DNA of 64,000 nucleotides from assembly GCA_937960645.1 (NCBI GenBank), contig CALGPJ010000009.1, positions 4,522 through 68,521 of the forward strand, written 5' to 3'. The translations under genes and the position numbers were made by a program. Source of the DNA: an uncultured Spirochaetia bacterium. GTDB lineage: Bacteria > Spirochaetota > Spirochaetia > JABEVK01. Positions 1-10,474 of the stretch are shown one piece after another. Positions within the stretch are counted from its first letter, which is position 1. Every line of letters starts with the position of its first letter. The notes below the pieces were generated by a model. That model did not search any database, was not told the DNA's origin, and was given only the letters and a program-made list of their open reading frames with translations.

Positions 1-737
1 ACTACGCGGTGGGTTTTTGTGAGGACATCCTGTTGATCCAGGGGAAAAAAGATGGAAAAACCTTTTGCCATGTCCCCCTGGGAATACCCACCTGGAGGCA
101 GATCGATCATATTCTCCAGCATGTGGATTTCTTGAAAAACCTCTCGGAGGAGCAGGCAGCCCTGCTCGAGCCCCAGGCCCCGGCCCACGGACTTCGGGTG
201 GTTCCGGACCGTGATAACTGGGACTACCTCTACGACACCGTCGAGATGGCGGAACTCGCAGGCAAGCGCTTTCATAAAAAAAGAAATCTGGTCCACCAAT
301 TCTACCATCTGTACACCGACCTGGAGATGTTTCCCCTGGATGAATCCAACCTCCCGCAGGCCTTCACGATATTGAAGACCTGGGTAGATCTTCATCCCGA
401 CAACAACGACTACGAAGCCGCCGCCGAAGCCCTGCAGCGACATCGGGAACTGGGGCTCTCCGGGGCCGTTTTTTTTGTCGATTCGAAGCCCGTTGGCTAC
501 ACCCTGGGTGAACCCTCTTCCCAGGCGGGCGATTACATCATCCATTTTGAAAAGGCCGATCCCTCCTACAAGGGAGTCTATCAGGCAATCTTTCAACGTT
601 TCGCTCGAAGCCTTGTTTCGGCCTACTCCCGTATCAACCGCGAGCAGGACCTTGGCGACCAGGGACTTCGTCAGGCCAAGGAAACGTATCGCCCCACCGC
701 TTTTATCAAAAAGTACCGTTTGGAACGTGCGGAATAA
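1..737 (+). CDS. DUF2156-like (FemAB/GNAT-fold, lysyl-PG synthase C-terminal domain-like) protein, 5'-partial at window edge
   Basis: ORF 9..737 runs in frame from the window start; weak family-level resemblance to DUF2156 proteins; no start codon inside window. Confidence 0.4.
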   Translation, partial: YAVGFCEDILLIQGKKDGKTFCHVPLGIPTWRQIDHILQHVDFLKNLSEEQAALLEPQAPAHGLRVVPDRDNWDYLYDTVEMAELAGKRFHKKRNLVHQFYHLYTDLEMFPLDESNLPQAFTILKTWVDLHPDNNDYEAAAEALQRHRELGLSGAVFFVDSKPVGYTLGEPSSQAGDYIIHFEKADPSYKGVYQAIFQRFARSLVSAYSRINREQDLGDQGLRQAKETYRPTAFIKKYRLERAE

Positions 738-948
738 AAAAGGCAAAAAATTCCTACGCTTTCGTAGTTTTTTAAGGCCAAAGTTACTGAGTCGTAGTGC
801 AGACTCTCGATCCAGGGAGGGTGCTTTCTGTCCCGTAGTGGCGGAGTTGCTCAGGTACCTAAAAAAAAGAGCGCGATCATCGACCAAAAAGGGGGTTGAC
901 GCAGATTCGGTGTCAATCCGGGGATATTTCGCTTAAATATCGATATTT

Positions 949-964
949 TGGCACGAATTGTGCT
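949..964 (+). promoter_or_regulatory. sigma-54 (-24/-12) promoter TGGCACgaattGTGCT upstream of glnN
   Basis: TGGCAC-N5-(T)TGC spacing matches RpoN consensus (GG and GC separated by 10 nt); lies 23 nt upstream of glnN ATG with GGAGG at 977-981. Confidence 0.5.
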
Positions 965-986
965 ATACCATTTCAGGAGGTTTTCA

Positions 987-3101
987 ATGATAAAAGCCAC
1001 AGATTCCAATCTGGATCAACACTTCGGGTCGTTGTGCTTCAGCGATGCCCTGATGAAGGAGAGGCTTCCCAAAGAAATCTATCGGGAACTCAAAAAGGTT
1101 CAGATGGGGGAGAAAAAACTCTCTCAGGAGGTCGCAAACGTCGTCGCCAATGCCATGAAGGATTGGGCCATCGAACATGGTGCCACCCATTTTACCCATT
1201 GGTTCCAACCCTTGACCGGCATTACGGCGGAGAAGCACGACAGTTTCATCAGCCCCACCGGAGACGGACGGATCATCATGGAGTTTTCCGGTAAGGAGCT
1301 CATTCGGGGAGAACCCGACGCGTCCAGCTTTCCTTCGGGCGGTCTGCGCGCGACCTTCGAGGCACGGGGTTACACCGCCTGGGATACCCTGAGCCCGGCC
1401 TTTCTCAAGCGGGACGGTAAGGCCCTGACACTCTGCATCCCCACAGCCTTCGTCGGTTACAAGGGGGAAGCTCTCGACAAAAAGACCCCGCTCCTGCGGA
1501 GCATGGAGGCCCTCAACACCCAGGCAATTCGCATCCTTCGAGCCCTGGGCAACCACTCCTCCCGTTTGGTGAACACCACTGTCGGACCCGAGCAGGAATA
1601 TTTCCTGGTGGCCAGGGAGTTCTTCGAACAGAGGCCGGACCTCGTCCTCACCGGTCGTACCCTAATCGGGGCCAAACCCCCCAAGGGCCAGGAAATGGAG
1701 GACCACTACTTTGGCAGTCTTTCCGAGCGGGTGGCAAGCTTCATGAAAGACTTCAACAACGAGCTCTGGGCGATGGGAGTGAATGCAAAAACTCAGCACA
1801 AGGAAGTCGCGCCGAACCAGTTCGAAATCGCGTGTATCTACTCCGTCAGCAATGTTGCCCTGGACCACAACCAACTGGTGATGGAAACCATGCGCAAGGT
1901 TGCCCTGAGGCACGATTTGGTCGCACTTCTGCACGAAAAGCCCTTTGCCGGCGTCAACGGATCGGGAAAACACAACAACTGGTCCATGGGCACCGATGAC
2001 GGCCTGAACTTGCTGGAACCCGGCAAGACCCCCGCGGAGAACAGCCAGTTCCTGCTGTTCTGTACGGCGGTCATCGAAGCGGTCGACGAGTACGCCGACA
2101 TCCTGCGCATGAGTGCCGCCAACAGCGGAAACGACCACCGACTCGGCGCCAACGAGGCTCCTCCCGCCATCGTCTCCATCTTCCTGGGAGCCGTCGAGGA
2201 CATACTGGAAAAGCTCTCCAAGGGCGAGAAAGTCACTTCCAAGGAAGGTGAGGTTCTGAAACTCGGCCACAACTCTTTGCCCGAACTGCCCAAAGACCTG
2301 ACCGATCGCAACCGCACCTCGCCCTTCGCCTTTACCGGGAACAAGTTCGAGTTCCGCATGATGCCCTCAAGCGACTCGATTGCTGGTCCCAACGTGGTCC
2401 TCAACACCGCCGTCGCCGAGGTCCTCAGCCGCTACACCGAACGCCTCGAAAAAGCGGTCGACAAAAATGCCGAAATCCTCAAGATCGTTCAGGAGAGCTA
2501 CTCTAAACACAAAAAGGTGGTGTTCAACGGCAACAACTATAGTAAAGAGTGGGAAGAGGAAGCCGCTCGCCGGGGTCTGCCCAACATCAAGAATACGGTG
2601 GACGCCATTCCCGTCATTCTCTCCGAAAAAAGCGTCAAGCTCTTTACCCGACATCAAGTATTCTCCAAGGACGAGCTGGAAAGCCGCTACAACATCTACC
2701 TGGAAAAGTACGCCAAGCAGATCAACATCGAGGCCAACACCCTCCGATCGATGATCCTCACGGGTGTCCTGCCGAACGCGGTCGAGTACGCCGGTGCTCT
2801 GGCCGGTCAACTGAGTTCCGTAAAAGAGCTTCTGGGGGATGGGGCCATCGCCACCCAAAAGGCGACACTCACCCAGGTGCTCAAACTGAGCGATGCGCTG
2901 AAAAGCGGCATCGAAAAACTCGATAAGGCCCTGGAACTGGCGCACCATAAGGAGGATGTGCTCGATCACGCCAGGGCATTCCGCGATGCCGTCATCCCGG
3001 TGATGTCCGAAATTCGCCAGGCGGCGGACGAGCTGGAAACCATCCTCCCCGCCGAATACTATCCCTTCCCCACCTACACCGACCTGTTGTTCCGCCACTG
3101 A
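987..3101 (+). CDS. glnN: glutamine synthetase type III
   Basis: 704 aa; N-terminal MIKATD..LDQHFGSLCFSD.. and overall length typical of GSIII (GlnN); GGAGG 6 nt upstream of ATG at 987. Confidence 0.9.
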   Translation: MIKATDSNLDQHFGSLCFSDALMKERLPKEIYRELKKVQMGEKKLSQEVANVVANAMKDWAIEHGATHFTHWFQPLTGITAEKHDSFISPTGDGRIIMEFSGKELIRGEPDASSFPSGGLRATFEARGYTAWDTLSPAFLKRDGKALTLCIPTAFVGYKGEALDKKTPLLRSMEALNTQAIRILRALGNHSSRLVNTTVGPEQEYFLVAREFFEQRPDLVLTGRTLIGAKPPKGQEMEDHYFGSLSERVASFMKDFNNELWAMGVNAKTQHKEVAPNQFEIACIYSVSNVALDHNQLVMETMRKVALRHDLVALLHEKPFAGVNGSGKHNNWSMGTDDGLNLLEPGKTPAENSQFLLFCTAVIEAVDEYADILRMSAANSGNDHRLGANEAPPAIVSIFLGAVEDILEKLSKGEKVTSKEGEVLKLGHNSLPELPKDLTDRNRTSPFAFTGNKFEFRMMPSSDSIAGPNVVLNTAVAEVLSRYTERLEKAVDKNAEILKIVQESYSKHKKVVFNGNNYSKEWEEEAARRGLPNIKNTVDAIPVILSEKSVKLFTRHQVFSKDELESRYNIYLEKYAKQINIEANTLRSMILTGVLPNAVEYAGALAGQLSSVKELLGDGAIATQKATLTQVLKLSDALKSGIEKLDKALELAHHKEDVLDHARAFRDAVIPVMSEIRQAADELETILPAEYYPFPTYTDLLFRH

Positions 3102-3123
3102 TCCGAAGGGATGCGGATTCCGA

Positions 3124-3147
3124 GCCACCCTTCGGGGTGGCTTTTTC
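3124..3147. terminator. rho-independent terminator hairpin GCCACCC-ttcg-GGGTGGC followed by TTTTT (between convergent glnN and miaB)
   Basis: perfect 7-bp stem, tetraloop, T-run seen directly in sequence. Confidence 0.55.
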
Positions 3148-3154
3148 GTGTGAA

Positions 3155-4513
3155 CTACCCGGCCATTTTCCCCAACACGGCTTTGGTTTCTTCCCCGACC
3201 AGCTCCCCTTCCAAACTGAGATCTGCGGCCTTGACGATACGCACTTTGGCAAAGCTGCCTACCAGATCTTTGGGGCCCAGGAATCGGATAGGAATCCTCC
3301 CTTCCGTCCTGGCCGTCAAATATTCACCTTTTCGATCGATTCCATCGACGAGCACCGTCGTTACCCGTCCAATTTGTTCGCGGTTGTAATCCCCGCTGGT
3401 CTTTCGCAGCACCTCGGTGAGTTCGGCAAGCCGGGATTTTTTTTCGGCCTGGGGAACATCGTCGGGCCAACGCGAGCTGGCAGCGCCCGGGCGGGGGCTG
3501 TAGAGCGCGATGTAGGCCATGTTGTATCGAAATTCCTCCATGGCACGTTTGGTGTTTTCGAACTGCTCGCGGGTCTCGCCGGTAAAACCCACGATGATGT
3601 CCGTGAACAGGGTGGACGTGGGGAGGATGCTGCGGATCTGTCCCACGAGCTGGCGGTAACGCTCCATGCCATGGTTACGGTTCATGCGAATCAACACCTT
3701 GTCGTCGCCGGATTGAAGCGGCAGGTGAATCTGTTTCGCGAGGACGGAATACTCGGCGATGGTTTGAAGGACCTCCAGGGACATATCCCGGGGATGCGGC
3801 GAGGTGAAGTAGACCCAAAAAGGGGGCCTGCCCCGCCCCAGCTCGGCCACCGAGCGCAAAAGCCGGGCAAAGCTCATCTCCTTGCCCTGGCGGTCCAACC
3901 CGTAGCTGTTGACGTTTTGGCCCAACAGGGTGATGCTTTTCATCCCACGGTTCAAAAGCCCCTCCACCTCCTGAAGGATGTCATCGCTGGGACGGGAGAT
4001 TTCTCTTCCCCGGGTGTAGGGGACGGCACAAAAGGTACAAAACTTATCACAGCCGTTTTGAATGGGGACATAGGCCTCGAAGCCCGAGGAGTAGGAGGGC
4101 CGCACCTTCCAGAACCCCCCCAGGGGATCGGCCAGATGCTGAAAAGAATCGGCGTAGAGGCTGGCCGGGGTCACCACTCCGTATTGCCGGATCATATCGG
4201 GCAATTTTCCGATTTCGTGAATTCGGAAAAGCAAATCGAAGCGCTTGAGGAACTTGGGTTCATCTGCCGGGAGGATACAGCCCGAAACGAACGTGACCAG
4301 GTTGGAACGATCCTTGCGCGCGTTCCATTCTTCGATTTTGGTGTACACCCGATCGATCGATTTCTGGCGAACCGAGCAGCTCACGATCCCCAGGATATTG
4401 GCCTCGGCCTCGTCCTCGGTACGCTCGAATCCCATACCCTCCAGGACGGCGATGATCCTCTCGGCATCGCTTTGGTTCATCTGACAACCCAGATGAATGA
4501 TGTGAAACTTCAA
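3155..4513 (-). CDS. miaB: tRNA-2-methylthio-N6-dimethylallyladenosine synthase (radical SAM methylthiotransferase MiaB)
   Basis: N-term KFHIIHLGCQMNQSD (MTTase GCQMN motif), CxxxCxxC radical SAM (CDKFCTFC), TRAM-like C-term; TTG start at 4513 preceded by GGAGG; the longer ORF to 4723 lacks homology. Confidence 0.85.
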   Translation of the reverse strand: MKFHIIHLGCQMNQSDAERIIAVLEGMGFERTEDEAEANILGIVSCSVRQKSIDRVYTKIEEWNARKDRSNLVTFVSGCILPADEPKFLKRFDLLFRIHEIGKLPDMIRQYGVVTPASLYADSFQHLADPLGGFWKVRPSYSSGFEAYVPIQNGCDKFCTFCAVPYTRGREISRPSDDILQEVEGLLNRGMKSITLLGQNVNSYGLDRQGKEMSFARLLRSVAELGRGRPPFWVYFTSPHPRDMSLEVLQTIAEYSVLAKQIHLPLQSGDDKVLIRMNRNHGMERYRQLVGQIRSILPTSTLFTDIIVGFTGETREQFENTKRAMEEFRYNMAYIALYSPRPGAASSRWPDDVPQAEKKSRLAELTEVLRKTSGDYNREQIGRVTTVLVDGIDRKGEYLTARTEGRIPIRFLGPKDLVGSFAKVRIVKAADLSLEGELVGEETKAVLGKMAG

Positions 4514-5199
4514 AAATAGACCTCCGTATGGATTCTTTCGGGATGAACACCGGCCCCTGTCAGGAGGTCCCATCCCTCCTGAATCATGACCGAGTTGCCG
4601 CACAGCCACCACTGGGCATCGGGAATGTCGCACACAGCGCGTGCCATCCAATCGGTGACACGCCCCTGAATGTCCCCACCCGACTCCCGCGAAACGCAGC
4701 GAACGTACCGGCAAGGGTGCCAATCGTGAAACCAGTGTGTCTCGTTCAGGAATCTGACCCCGTGCGCCAGGGCAGCCCCCTGCACCAAACCGCTGCGAAC
4801 GAAGCTCCGAAACGGTGCCACCCCCGTCCCCGTAGCCACCAAAACCTTCATACCCGGATCACTATTCGGGGTAAAAAAGCCGCAGGGACCGGAAACTTCC
4901 ACCTCCTGGCCGGGTCTCAAACGCGCCAACCTTGGGCTGAAGGCCCCTCCCTTCACGACCCGGATCAGGACATCGAGCCAGGGATCATCTGTACCGCTGG
5001 CGATGCTGTATTCACGGGCCAGGGCCGAACCGGGTAGGGACAACAGCAGGTGCTGCCCCGCCTGAAAGATCAACCCCTCGCGGCTGAGCCTCAACAAGAC
5101 GACACCCGGGGAAAGCTCACACACCTCTAAAACCCGATGGATCACACGAATGATTCTAAATATCCTGTCGATTTGGTCAACCATCGAAGGGTATCCCAT
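4510..5199 (-). CDS. FAD/NAD(P)-binding oxidoreductase, ferredoxin-NADP reductase-like
   Basis: RxYSxxS FAD-binding motif (REYSIASG), GTGVAP NAD-binding motif; overlaps miaB start by 4 nt (operon). Confidence 0.6.
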   Translation of the reverse strand: MGYPSMVDQIDRIFRIIRVIHRVLEVCELSPGVVLLRLSREGLIFQAGQHLLLSLPGSALAREYSIASGTDDPWLDVLIRVVKGGAFSPRLARLRPGQEVEVSGPCGFFTPNSDPGMKVLVATGTGVAPFRSFVRSGLVQGAALAHGVRFLNETHWFHDWHPCRYVRCVSRESGGDIQGRVTDWMARAVCDIPDAQWWLCGNSVMIQEGWDLLTGAGVHPERIHTEVYF

Positions 5200-5240
5200 C
5201 AGAAATACCTCTTGACAGAATACATCGACCCGATTACGTT

Positions 5241-6305
5241 GTGGCCATGATAAAAAGTGATTATCCTCATACGATATGCTTGGTCGGCAGTCCCGATTGG
5301 CAGGAAAAAGCCCGTTTGGTTCTGTCCCCGTATTGCGAAGTTTTTGGGTTTGAACATCCCGCAGGAACGCCTCCGGAAGTCTATCTAATCGAAGACATTC
5401 ACCCGCGCACCCAGGTCGATCAAGTGATCCAGCGGCTGGGAGCGGCGGCCATCAAAACTTGCTCCCGCAAAGATCTCGATGTCATCATTCAGGCCAAGAA
5501 AAATCCGATCTACTATTTCAACCTTGCGCACCGTGCCCTGGGACTGACCATTCCCGCTTCGAGGCCCGATAATCGGCCCCCACCCGAAGCCCTGGATCGA
5601 ATCATCGGTTCCTCCCCGGCGATCATGTCCTTAAAAAACAAATTGCTCCGCTACGCCCGAAGCGACAAACCCATCCTGATTTTGGGCGAGACCGGCGTGG
5701 GGAAGGACCTGGCTGCCCAAATCATCCATGAGCTGAGCCCTTTTTGCCAGGGACCCTTTGTCGCTGTGAACTGTGCCGCCATCCCGACCGGCCTGGCGGA
5801 ATCCGAACTCATGGGTAGTGTTCGGGGCGCTTTCACGAACGCGGTGGATAAAGTCGGGCTCATCAAGCAGGCCGACGGCGGCACCTTGTTTCTCGACGAG
5901 ATCGGCGACCTGGATCCCTCCGTTCAGACGAAGCTTTTGCGCATCCTCGAGACCGGCGAGTACCGACGCCTGGGGGATGCCCGCATCGATCACGCACGAT
6001 TTCGACTGATCTCGGCTACCAACAAGGACCCGGAGGCTTTGATCGCTTCAGGAAAATTTCGAGAGGATTTTTACTTTCGCATTCAGACCCTGACCCTGAG
6101 GGTCCCGCCGTTGCGGGAGCGGGGCGACGATGTGGGGGTTATGATCCGAAAACTGTATCCCCATCATCACTTCACCTCGACTGCCTGGACCTGGCTGCTC
6201 AACAATCCCTGGAAAGGCAACGTCCGAGAACTCAAGGCCGTGATCGACCGGGCCGCCATCGAGGCAGATGGGTCTCCCATTGACTGGCAACACCTGGCGG
6301 ATTAA
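5241..6305 (+). CDS. sigma-54-dependent transcriptional activator (AAA+ EBP) lacking REC and C-terminal HTH domains
   Basis: Walker A GETGVGKDLAAQ, GAFTNA (GAFTGA-like sigma-54 contact loop), Walker B LFLDEIGDL, GNVRELK at C-terminus; protein ends ~20 aa after GNVREL, so no Fis-type HTH. Confidence 0.8.
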   Translation: MAMIKSDYPHTICLVGSPDWQEKARLVLSPYCEVFGFEHPAGTPPEVYLIEDIHPRTQVDQVIQRLGAAAIKTCSRKDLDVIIQAKKNPIYYFNLAHRALGLTIPASRPDNRPPPEALDRIIGSSPAIMSLKNKLLRYARSDKPILILGETGVGKDLAAQIIHELSPFCQGPFVAVNCAAIPTGLAESELMGSVRGAFTNAVDKVGLIKQADGGTLFLDEIGDLDPSVQTKLLRILETGEYRRLGDARIDHARFRLISATNKDPEALIASGKFREDFYFRIQTLTLRVPPLRERGDDVGVMIRKLYPHHHFTSTAWTWLLNNPWKGNVRELKAVIDRAAIEADGSPIDWQHLAD

Positions 6306-7279
6306 AGCCGCAATCGCCCATCCTGGAGCTGCCCCAAAAACCACCGATAGGTTTTTTCGACCCCCTCCTGGAGGGAGGTCTTGGCCTTCCATCCTAATTT
6401 CTCGATCCGGCTGACATCCATCACCTTTCGGGGGGTGCCATCCGGTTTGGAGGTGTTGAAGCTGAAATCGCAACTCCAACCGGGGACGGGCTCAACGTTT
6501 TGCACGACGTGGTAAACAAGTTCTGCAAGCTCGCGAATCGTCAAATCGACCCCCGACCCCACGTTGATGAACTCCCCCACGGAGTCCGCGGTCTGGGTTT
6601 CCATGAGGAAAACACAGGCCTCGGCAAGGTCGTCGGCGAAGAGAAATTCCCGAAGGGGCTTGCCCGTACCCCAGATCTCCACGGCAGGCGCCCCGTTGAC
6701 CTTGGCCTGGTGAAACTTGCGAATCAGGGCGGGCAAAACGTGGCTGTTTTGAAGGTCGAAATTGTCCCCGTAGCCATAGAGGTTGGTGGGCATGGCGCTC
6801 ATGAAGTCACAGCCGTACTGGTTGTGGTAGTACTTGCACAGCTTGATGGCCGCGATCTTGGCGATGGCGTAGGCCTCGTTGGTGCTCTCCAGGGGGCCGC
6901 TCAACAGGTACTCCTCTTTCAGCGGTTGGGGCGCGAGCTTGGGATAGATGCACGAGCTGCCGAGGTTGAGGAGTTTTTTCACCCCATGCCGCCACGCGGC
7001 GTGAATCACGTTGGTGGCGATCATGAGGTTGTCGTAGATGAACTGGGCAGGGTAGGTGTTGTTAGCGTGGATGCCCCCCACCCTGGCCGCAGCCAGAAAC
7101 ACATACTCGGGCCTCTCTGCCTGGAAGAAGTCTTCGACGGCCTGCTGGTTGGTCAGGTCCAATTCCTGATGCGTTCGAAGCAACAGGTTTTTGTAACCGC
7201 GCTTTTCGAGCTCCCGGACCAGGGCGCTGCCCACCAACCCGCGGTGCCCGGCGACCCAGACCCGCGAACTGGGAGTCAT
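6302..7279 (-). CDS. fcl: GDP-L-fucose synthase (GDP-4-keto-6-deoxy-D-mannose 3,5-epimerase/4-reductase)
   Basis: [14 protein letters not shown] Rossmann motif, YxxxK, strong family-level similarity to Fcl/WcaG. Confidence 0.85.
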   Translation of the reverse strand: MTPSSRVWVAGHRGLVGSALVRELEKRGYKNLLLRTHQELDLTNQQAVEDFFQAERPEYVFLAAARVGGIHANNTYPAQFIYDNLMIATNVIHAAWRHGVKKLLNLGSSCIYPKLAPQPLKEEYLLSGPLESTNEAYAIAKIAAIKLCKYYHNQYGCDFMSAMPTNLYGYGDNFDLQNSHVLPALIRKFHQAKVNGAPAVEIWGTGKPLREFLFADDLAEACVFLMETQTADSVGEFINVGSGVDLTIRELAELVYHVVQNVEPVPGWSCDFSFNTSKPDGTPRKVMDVSRIEKLGWKAKTSLQEGVEKTYRWFLGQLQDGRLRL

Positions 7280-8433
7280 TTACCGACCTTGGACCGAAGT
7301 TCTTCCACCTTTTGGGTCTGTTCCCAGGGGAAGTGCTCGCGGCCAAAATGTCCGTAGACGGCGGTTTCAGCGTAGATGGGGCGTAAAAGATCGAGCCCGG
7401 TGATAATGCCCCGCGGTGTCAGGTCAAATACCTCGCGGACGGCCCTTTCGAGCTTTTCCTCCTCCACGCTTCCCGTGCCAAAGGTGGTCACGTAGAGCGA
7501 AACAGGCTCGGCCACCCCGATGGCGTAGGCGAGCTGGACCTCGCACTCCTCGGCATAGCCCGCGGCGACGATGGTCTTGGCCACCCAACGAGCCGCGTAC
7601 GCGGCGCTGCGGTCCACCTTGGAGGGATCCTTTCCGGAAAAAGCTCCACCGCCGTGCCGCCCCATCCCGCCGTAGGTGTCCACGATGATTTTCCGTCCCG
7701 TCAGGCCTGCATCGCCCTGGGGACCACCGATCACGAAGCGGCCCGTGGGGTTGATCAGGTAGCGAGTCTTGTCGGACAGCAGGTGGGAGGGCAAGGCGGG
7801 TTTGATCACTTCGGCGATCAGGCGCTTTTCGATCTCGGCATGAGGAACATCGTCCGTCTGGTGGCTGAGGACCACGGTATGGATGTGGTAGGGCTTGCCC
7901 CCGCGGTATTCCACCGTAACCTGGCCCTTGGCATCGGGGCGAAGGAAGGGAATGAGTTTGGCGTGGCGAACCTCACTGGCCCGCCGCATGATCTGGTGAG
8001 CAAACTGAATCGGCGCCGGCATGAGCTCCGGGGTGTCTTTCCGGGCATAGCCGAACATCATTCCTTGATCGCCAGCGCCTTGCGCATGATTGGCGCTTTC
8101 GTTCACCCCCATGGCGATGTCGGGACTCTGGTCGTTCACCGTGGACAGGATGGCGGCGCTGTCGTAATCGATGCCGTACTCGGGATTGTCGTACCCGATC
8201 TTTTTCAAGACTTCCATGGCGACCTTTCGGAAATCGATGTACCCGCTGGTGGTGATTTCACCGCCGATGAGCACCAGGCCAGTGGTGGTATAGACCTCAC
8301 AGGCAACCCGGCTTTTGGGATCGATGCTCAGTGCCGCGTCGAGTACCCCATCGCTGATCTGATCGCAAAGCTTGTCGGGGTGGCCTTCTCCCACACTCTC
8401 CGACGTGAACACGAAATCTTTTCGAAAACTCAT
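7276..8433 (-). CDS. metK: S-adenosylmethionine synthetase
   Basis: [39 protein letters not shown] signature motifs. Confidence 0.95.
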   Translation of the reverse strand: MSFRKDFVFTSESVGEGHPDKLCDQISDGVLDAALSIDPKSRVACEVYTTTGLVLIGGEITTSGYIDFRKVAMEVLKKIGYDNPEYGIDYDSAAILSTVNDQSPDIAMGVNESANHAQGAGDQGMMFGYARKDTPELMPAPIQFAHQIMRRASEVRHAKLIPFLRPDAKGQVTVEYRGGKPYHIHTVVLSHQTDDVPHAEIEKRLIAEVIKPALPSHLLSDKTRYLINPTGRFVIGGPQGDAGLTGRKIIVDTYGGMGRHGGGAFSGKDPSKVDRSAAYAARWVAKTIVAAGYAEECEVQLAYAIGVAEPVSLYVTTFGTGSVEEEKLERAVREVFDLTPRGIITGLDLLRPIYAETAVYGHFGREHFPWEQTQKVEELRSKVGK

Positions 8434-9386
8434 CTCTCCTCCTTTTCAAGCCATCTTGCGTAAAGCACCAATCCCTCTTCCAAATCCACCCTGGGCGCGT
8501 AGCCCAGGACCGAACGCGACTTGGAAATATCCGCGCAGGTCCGGGGGACATCCCCCGGTTGCAACTCGCGGTAATCGCGAATCGCCCCTCTGCCAAGAAC
8601 CTTTTCCAAAGCCGTGATCATTGCCGAAAGACTGACCATGCGGCTTTCTCCAAGGTTAAAAACATCATAATGACCCTCCGCCGCGTTGACAACCCATTCC
8701 GCAGCCTTACTCACCCCATCGACAATGTCCGAAATGTAGGTGTAATCCCTTTCGGTGCTGCCATCGCCATAGACGGGAATGGGCTGTCCGGCAAGGATAC
8801 GTCGAGAAAAGGAAGCGATGGCCAGATCCGGACGCTGACGGGGACCATAGACGGTGAAGAATCGTAAAATCGCCGACTTGATCCCATAAAGCCGCGCATA
8901 GGTGCCGGCAATCAGCTCGCAGGCAATTTTGGAGGCGGCATAGGGAGATTGCGGACTGGTCACCGGCTCGTCCTCCCGGAAGGGGACATGGTTGCGACTG
9001 CCGTAGACCGAGCTGGAGCTGGCCAGGACCACCGACTTCACCCCAAACCTTTGGCAGCATTCATAGACATGGGTGGAGGCTTCCACGTTGTGCCTCATGT
9101 ACAGGGCCGGCTCCTGGATGCTGGGACGGACCCCCGCCCGGGCAGCGATGTGGAGTACGAGGTCGGGGCGAAACTCCTGAAAAGTTCTTTCCAGGGCCCG
9201 AAGATCGAGGAGGTCCACCTCAACCACCCTGTCTGCCAGCCCCGTCTCCCTAACGTTGCGGTTTTTGACCTCTCGCGGGTAAAATGCATCGTAATTGTCC
9301 AGACCGAGCACTGTATGTTGCGCACCAAAATATTGAAGCAGGTGGGAACCAATGAAACCGGCGGCCCCGGTGATCAGGACTTTCAA
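8430..9386 (-). CDS. NAD-dependent nucleotide-sugar epimerase/dehydratase (UDP-glucuronate 4-epimerase-like SDR)
   Basis: [12 protein letters not shown], YxxxK; TTG start at 9386 preceded by GGAGG (the longer version to 9407 contains the RBS inside it); overlaps metK start (ATGA-type). Confidence 0.8.
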   Translation of the reverse strand: MKVLITGAAGFIGSHLLQYFGAQHTVLGLDNYDAFYPREVKNRNVRETGLADRVVEVDLLDLRALERTFQEFRPDLVLHIAARAGVRPSIQEPALYMRHNVEASTHVYECCQRFGVKSVVLASSSSVYGSRNHVPFREDEPVTSPQSPYAASKIACELIAGTYARLYGIKSAILRFFTVYGPRQRPDLAIASFSRRILAGQPIPVYGDGSTERDYTYISDIVDGVSKAAEWVVNAAEGHYDVFNLGESRMVSLSAMITALEKVLGRGAIRDYRELQPGDVPRTCADISKSRSVLGYAPRVDLEEGLVLYARWLEKEER

Positions 9387-10474
9387 GAGTGGCCTCCGAC
9401 CCCACAATAGAGATTATGGTATTCTTGGGCAATCCTCCTGGGATGGAAAAGATCGAGGGCCTTTTGGCGGGTCGCCTCCAGATCCCAGCTCGGATTTAGG
9501 GCCGATTCCACTGCAAGCTCGAAGTCTTGCAGATCGTCGATGGCAAACACCGAGCCGTTTTTTTGCGGCTCCAGGTATTCGCGGACCGCAGGCAGGTCGG
9601 AACTGACCACGGGTAGGCCCAGCATCATCGCCTCGATGGGGACCAGGCCCAGCCCCTCCCAGCGCGAGGGAAAGACCACCACGTCGGCGGCGGCGTACAC
9701 GCAGGAAGGGGCACCGAATCCCGGCCAACGAACGTGGTCCTGCACCCCCAGCTCCTGGGCCATGTCCTGGAGTTGCCTTCGAAGCGGTCCATCCCCCGCA
9801 AGCACCAGGTGGGCTGTGGGGTGCCGCTTCAACAACCTTGAAAGAAGGCGCAGGGTGAGGTCCTGGCCCTTGACGGGAAGGAAGCGGCCCACCTGAACAA
9901 TCACGGGCCCTGAATCGATGCCCAGTTCTTTTCGGGCCTCTTCCCGGGTTTTGCCGCAAACCAGGCGGGTGGGATCGACGGGGTTGTAAACCACCTGGTG
10001 TGGGCTTCGAAGAAAGCCATCCCCGTAAAACGAATCGAGCACGGCCCGAGACACCCCGGTGCGGAGGCGGACCTTCTGATCCGTGGCCCGGTAGCCCCAG
10101 AGCGTCAGCGGGTGATAGTTGCGCCGCACAGAATGGAAGGTGCTGATCTGAGGAAGCTGGGCGGGTTTGGCCCAGCTGCTCACCAAATCAGCCCGACCCA
10201 GGTGACTGTGCAGGACATCGAAATGCCGGGACCGGAGAAAGCGGCCCAGACGGGCCACGGCCAGGGGCACGTTCCACGACGGCAGGTCCAAATAGTGCAG
10301 GTCAATCCCCAAACCCCGAGCGCGAGTCACGGCCGATTTGTCCTTCGGGGGTGGCTGAAGGCTCAGGATGTCGATCTTCCACCCCAGGCTCTGGAGGTAG
10401 GGGGCCAAATCCAGCAGGATATTGGGCACCGCGCCCGGGTCCATGACGGTCAAGGTGTAAAGGATTCGCGGCAT
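9383..10474 (-). CDS. glycosyltransferase family 1 (GT4-type)
   Basis: C-terminal GT1 EX7E-like region (FPSRWEGLGLVPIEAMMLGLPVV); TATAAT 8 nt upstream of ATG, no SD. Confidence 0.75.
   Translation of the reverse strand: MPRILYTLTVMDPGAVPNILLDLAPYLQSLGWKIDILSLQPPPKDKSAVTRARGLGIDLHYLDLPSWNVPLAVARLGRFLRSRHFDVLHSHLGRADLVSSWAKPAQLPQISTFHSVRRNYHPLTLWGYRATDQKVRLRTGVSRAVLDSFYGDGFLRSPHQVVYNPVDPTRLVCGKTREEARKELGIDSGPVIVQVGRFLPVKGQDLTLRLLSRLLKRHPTAHLVLAGDGPLRRQLQDMAQELGVQDHVRWPGFGAPSCVYAAADVVVFPSRWEGLGLVPIEAMMLGLPVVSSDLPAVREYLEPQKNGSVFAIDDLQDFELAVESALNPSWDLEATRQKALDLFHPRRIAQEYHNLYCGVGGHS

Noticed and set aside
984-3128. Several 100-250-aa ORFs on minus strand and alternative + frames inside glnN (984..1556, 1662..2270, 1838..2407, 2367..3128, 2549..2926)
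   Set aside because: They overlap the strongly supported glnN coding frame. Their composition is GC-skewed and they show no homology.
3137-4519. 460-aa ORF on + strand
   Set aside because: Entirely antisense to miaB, which has clear family motifs. It has no recognisable domains and its Gly/Arg/Pro-rich composition is typical of spurious ORFs in high-GC DNA.
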